NCBI GenBank assembly: GCA_000004985.1
Contig: GG738928.1
Length of the DNA stretch: 64,000 nucleotides
From: Naegleria gruberi
Lineage: Eukaryota
Direction: 5' to 3' (one strand)
The translations under genes were made by a program, and so were the position numbers. Below the pieces are notes generated by a model. It was given only the letters and a program-made list of their open reading frames with translations, did not search any database and was not told where the DNA came from. Below, in pieces: positions 63,477 through 64,000 of this stretch; the first letter of the stretch is position 1; every line of letters begins with the position of its first letter.

Positions 63477-64000
63477 GGTGTGAGTAAAATAAGAATGGAT
63501 CCAATCATGTATGAGGATTTTGATGGAAGTGAAACTAATTTATCTGCTTTTTGCATTCATCAGGATTTGTTCCAGTTGGAAACAAGTTCAACAATTCCAA
63601 AATTTGATAATGATACGGAATTGTCATGGATTAATTCGTACCATCCACAATATTTGAATACCATTAGCTCCATGTCACTCAATCAATTATTTCTCATACT
63701 GGCCTCTCCAATGGTTCATTTTCTACCTCTATTTCCTCAATCCGTGCAAAATAGGAAGGAAAGGTTTATAGAGACAATCCTTTTCACCTATCCAATCTTT
63801 ACAACCCCACAAGTATTGTTAAAGAAGTGCTTTGAGACGCTTTCGAATATTCCACTCCAATTTTTAGAATTTCCAATCATGTATGAGGATATTGATGCAG
63901 AATGCGAAGATATTTGGAAAAATGATTATGGATTCCAAATCAATGAGAAATATACATACTGGAGATATTGCAATTCATTATATGAGTACAAGATATTTTC
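63477..64000 (+). CDS. Probable further exon(s) downstream of the kinase, or a separate gene, running off the window
   Basis: After a GTGAGT at 63478 there is an open frame encoding 'MDPIMYEDFDGSE...FPIMYEDIDAECEDIWKNDYGF'. It contains an internal repeat of a PIMYED(F/I)D motif and has no stop before the window end. Confidence 0.25.

Noticed and set aside
1-64000. Prokaryotic, organellar, or mobile-element / CRISPR content
   Set aside because: Multiple GT-AG introns restore conserved motifs and the tRNAs are eukaryotic-type, including an initiator tRNA with A1:U72. There are no rRNA, Shine-Dalgarno-organised operons, CRISPR repeats, transposase or reverse-transcriptase ORFs. No bacterial-contamination signal is seen around the bacterial-like genes, because their neighbours contain introns.

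Overview
This 64 kb window is eukaryotic nuclear DNA. It is AT-rich (roughly one-third GC by eye, not computed) and gene-dense, with about 50 protein-coding genes on both strands and six dispersed tRNA genes. Introns are spliceosomal and very short (41-117 bp, one of 215 bp), with GTAAGT, GTATGT or GTTTGT donors and YAG acceptors. One 56-nt microexon sits in the MutS-homolog gene. Proteins are rich in Ser/Thr/Asn/Gln low-complexity tracts and stop codons are mostly TAA. The lineage cannot be fixed from sequence alone. The cofilin resembles fungal cofilin and amoebozoan actophorin, the D-lactate dehydrogenase has a yeast DLD1-like N-terminal anchor, and intron sizes are fungal/protist-like. An AT-rich unicellular eukaryote or early-diverging fungus is plausible. 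There are no rRNA genes, CRISPR arrays, transposases or reverse transcriptases. Recognisable genes include D-lactate dehydrogenase (FAD), cofilin/ADF, a Rab GTPase, a WrbA-type flavoprotein, PrxQ peroxiredoxin, IU-nucleoside hydrolase, a trypsin-like protease, bacterial-type 3-hydroxybutyrate dehydrogenase with a mitochondrial presequence, an ER DnaJ, a SNAP-like TPR protein, a dual-specificity phosphatase, MSH5 (meiosis-specific MutS homolog), a Ser/Thr kinase split by an assembly gap, a Vps55-like protein, six F-box proteins and three or four BTB proteins. Items worth a second look are: (1) a cluster of four paralogous membrane/Ser-Thr-rich proteins ending in a conserved ...LKxRLxxFxFP C-terminal peptide, bracketed by two paralogous EF-hand genes; (2) a 1100-aa Pat-like protein, an NDP-forming acyl-CoA-synthetase-like domain lacking the catalytic His fused to a C-terminal GNAT acetyltransferase; (3) a protein with a C-terminal SHOCT-like motif; (4) an NHL/EGF surface protein plus a decayed partial copy 17 kb away carrying 33-bp direct repeats; (5) a 72-bp LRR tandem array with an in-frame stop; (6) a 19-nt exact copy of the tRNA-Pro 3' end 577 bp downstream of the tRNA gene; (7) a WrbA-like flavoprotein with a Ser/Thr-rich tail ending in a CaaX-like CLIL.
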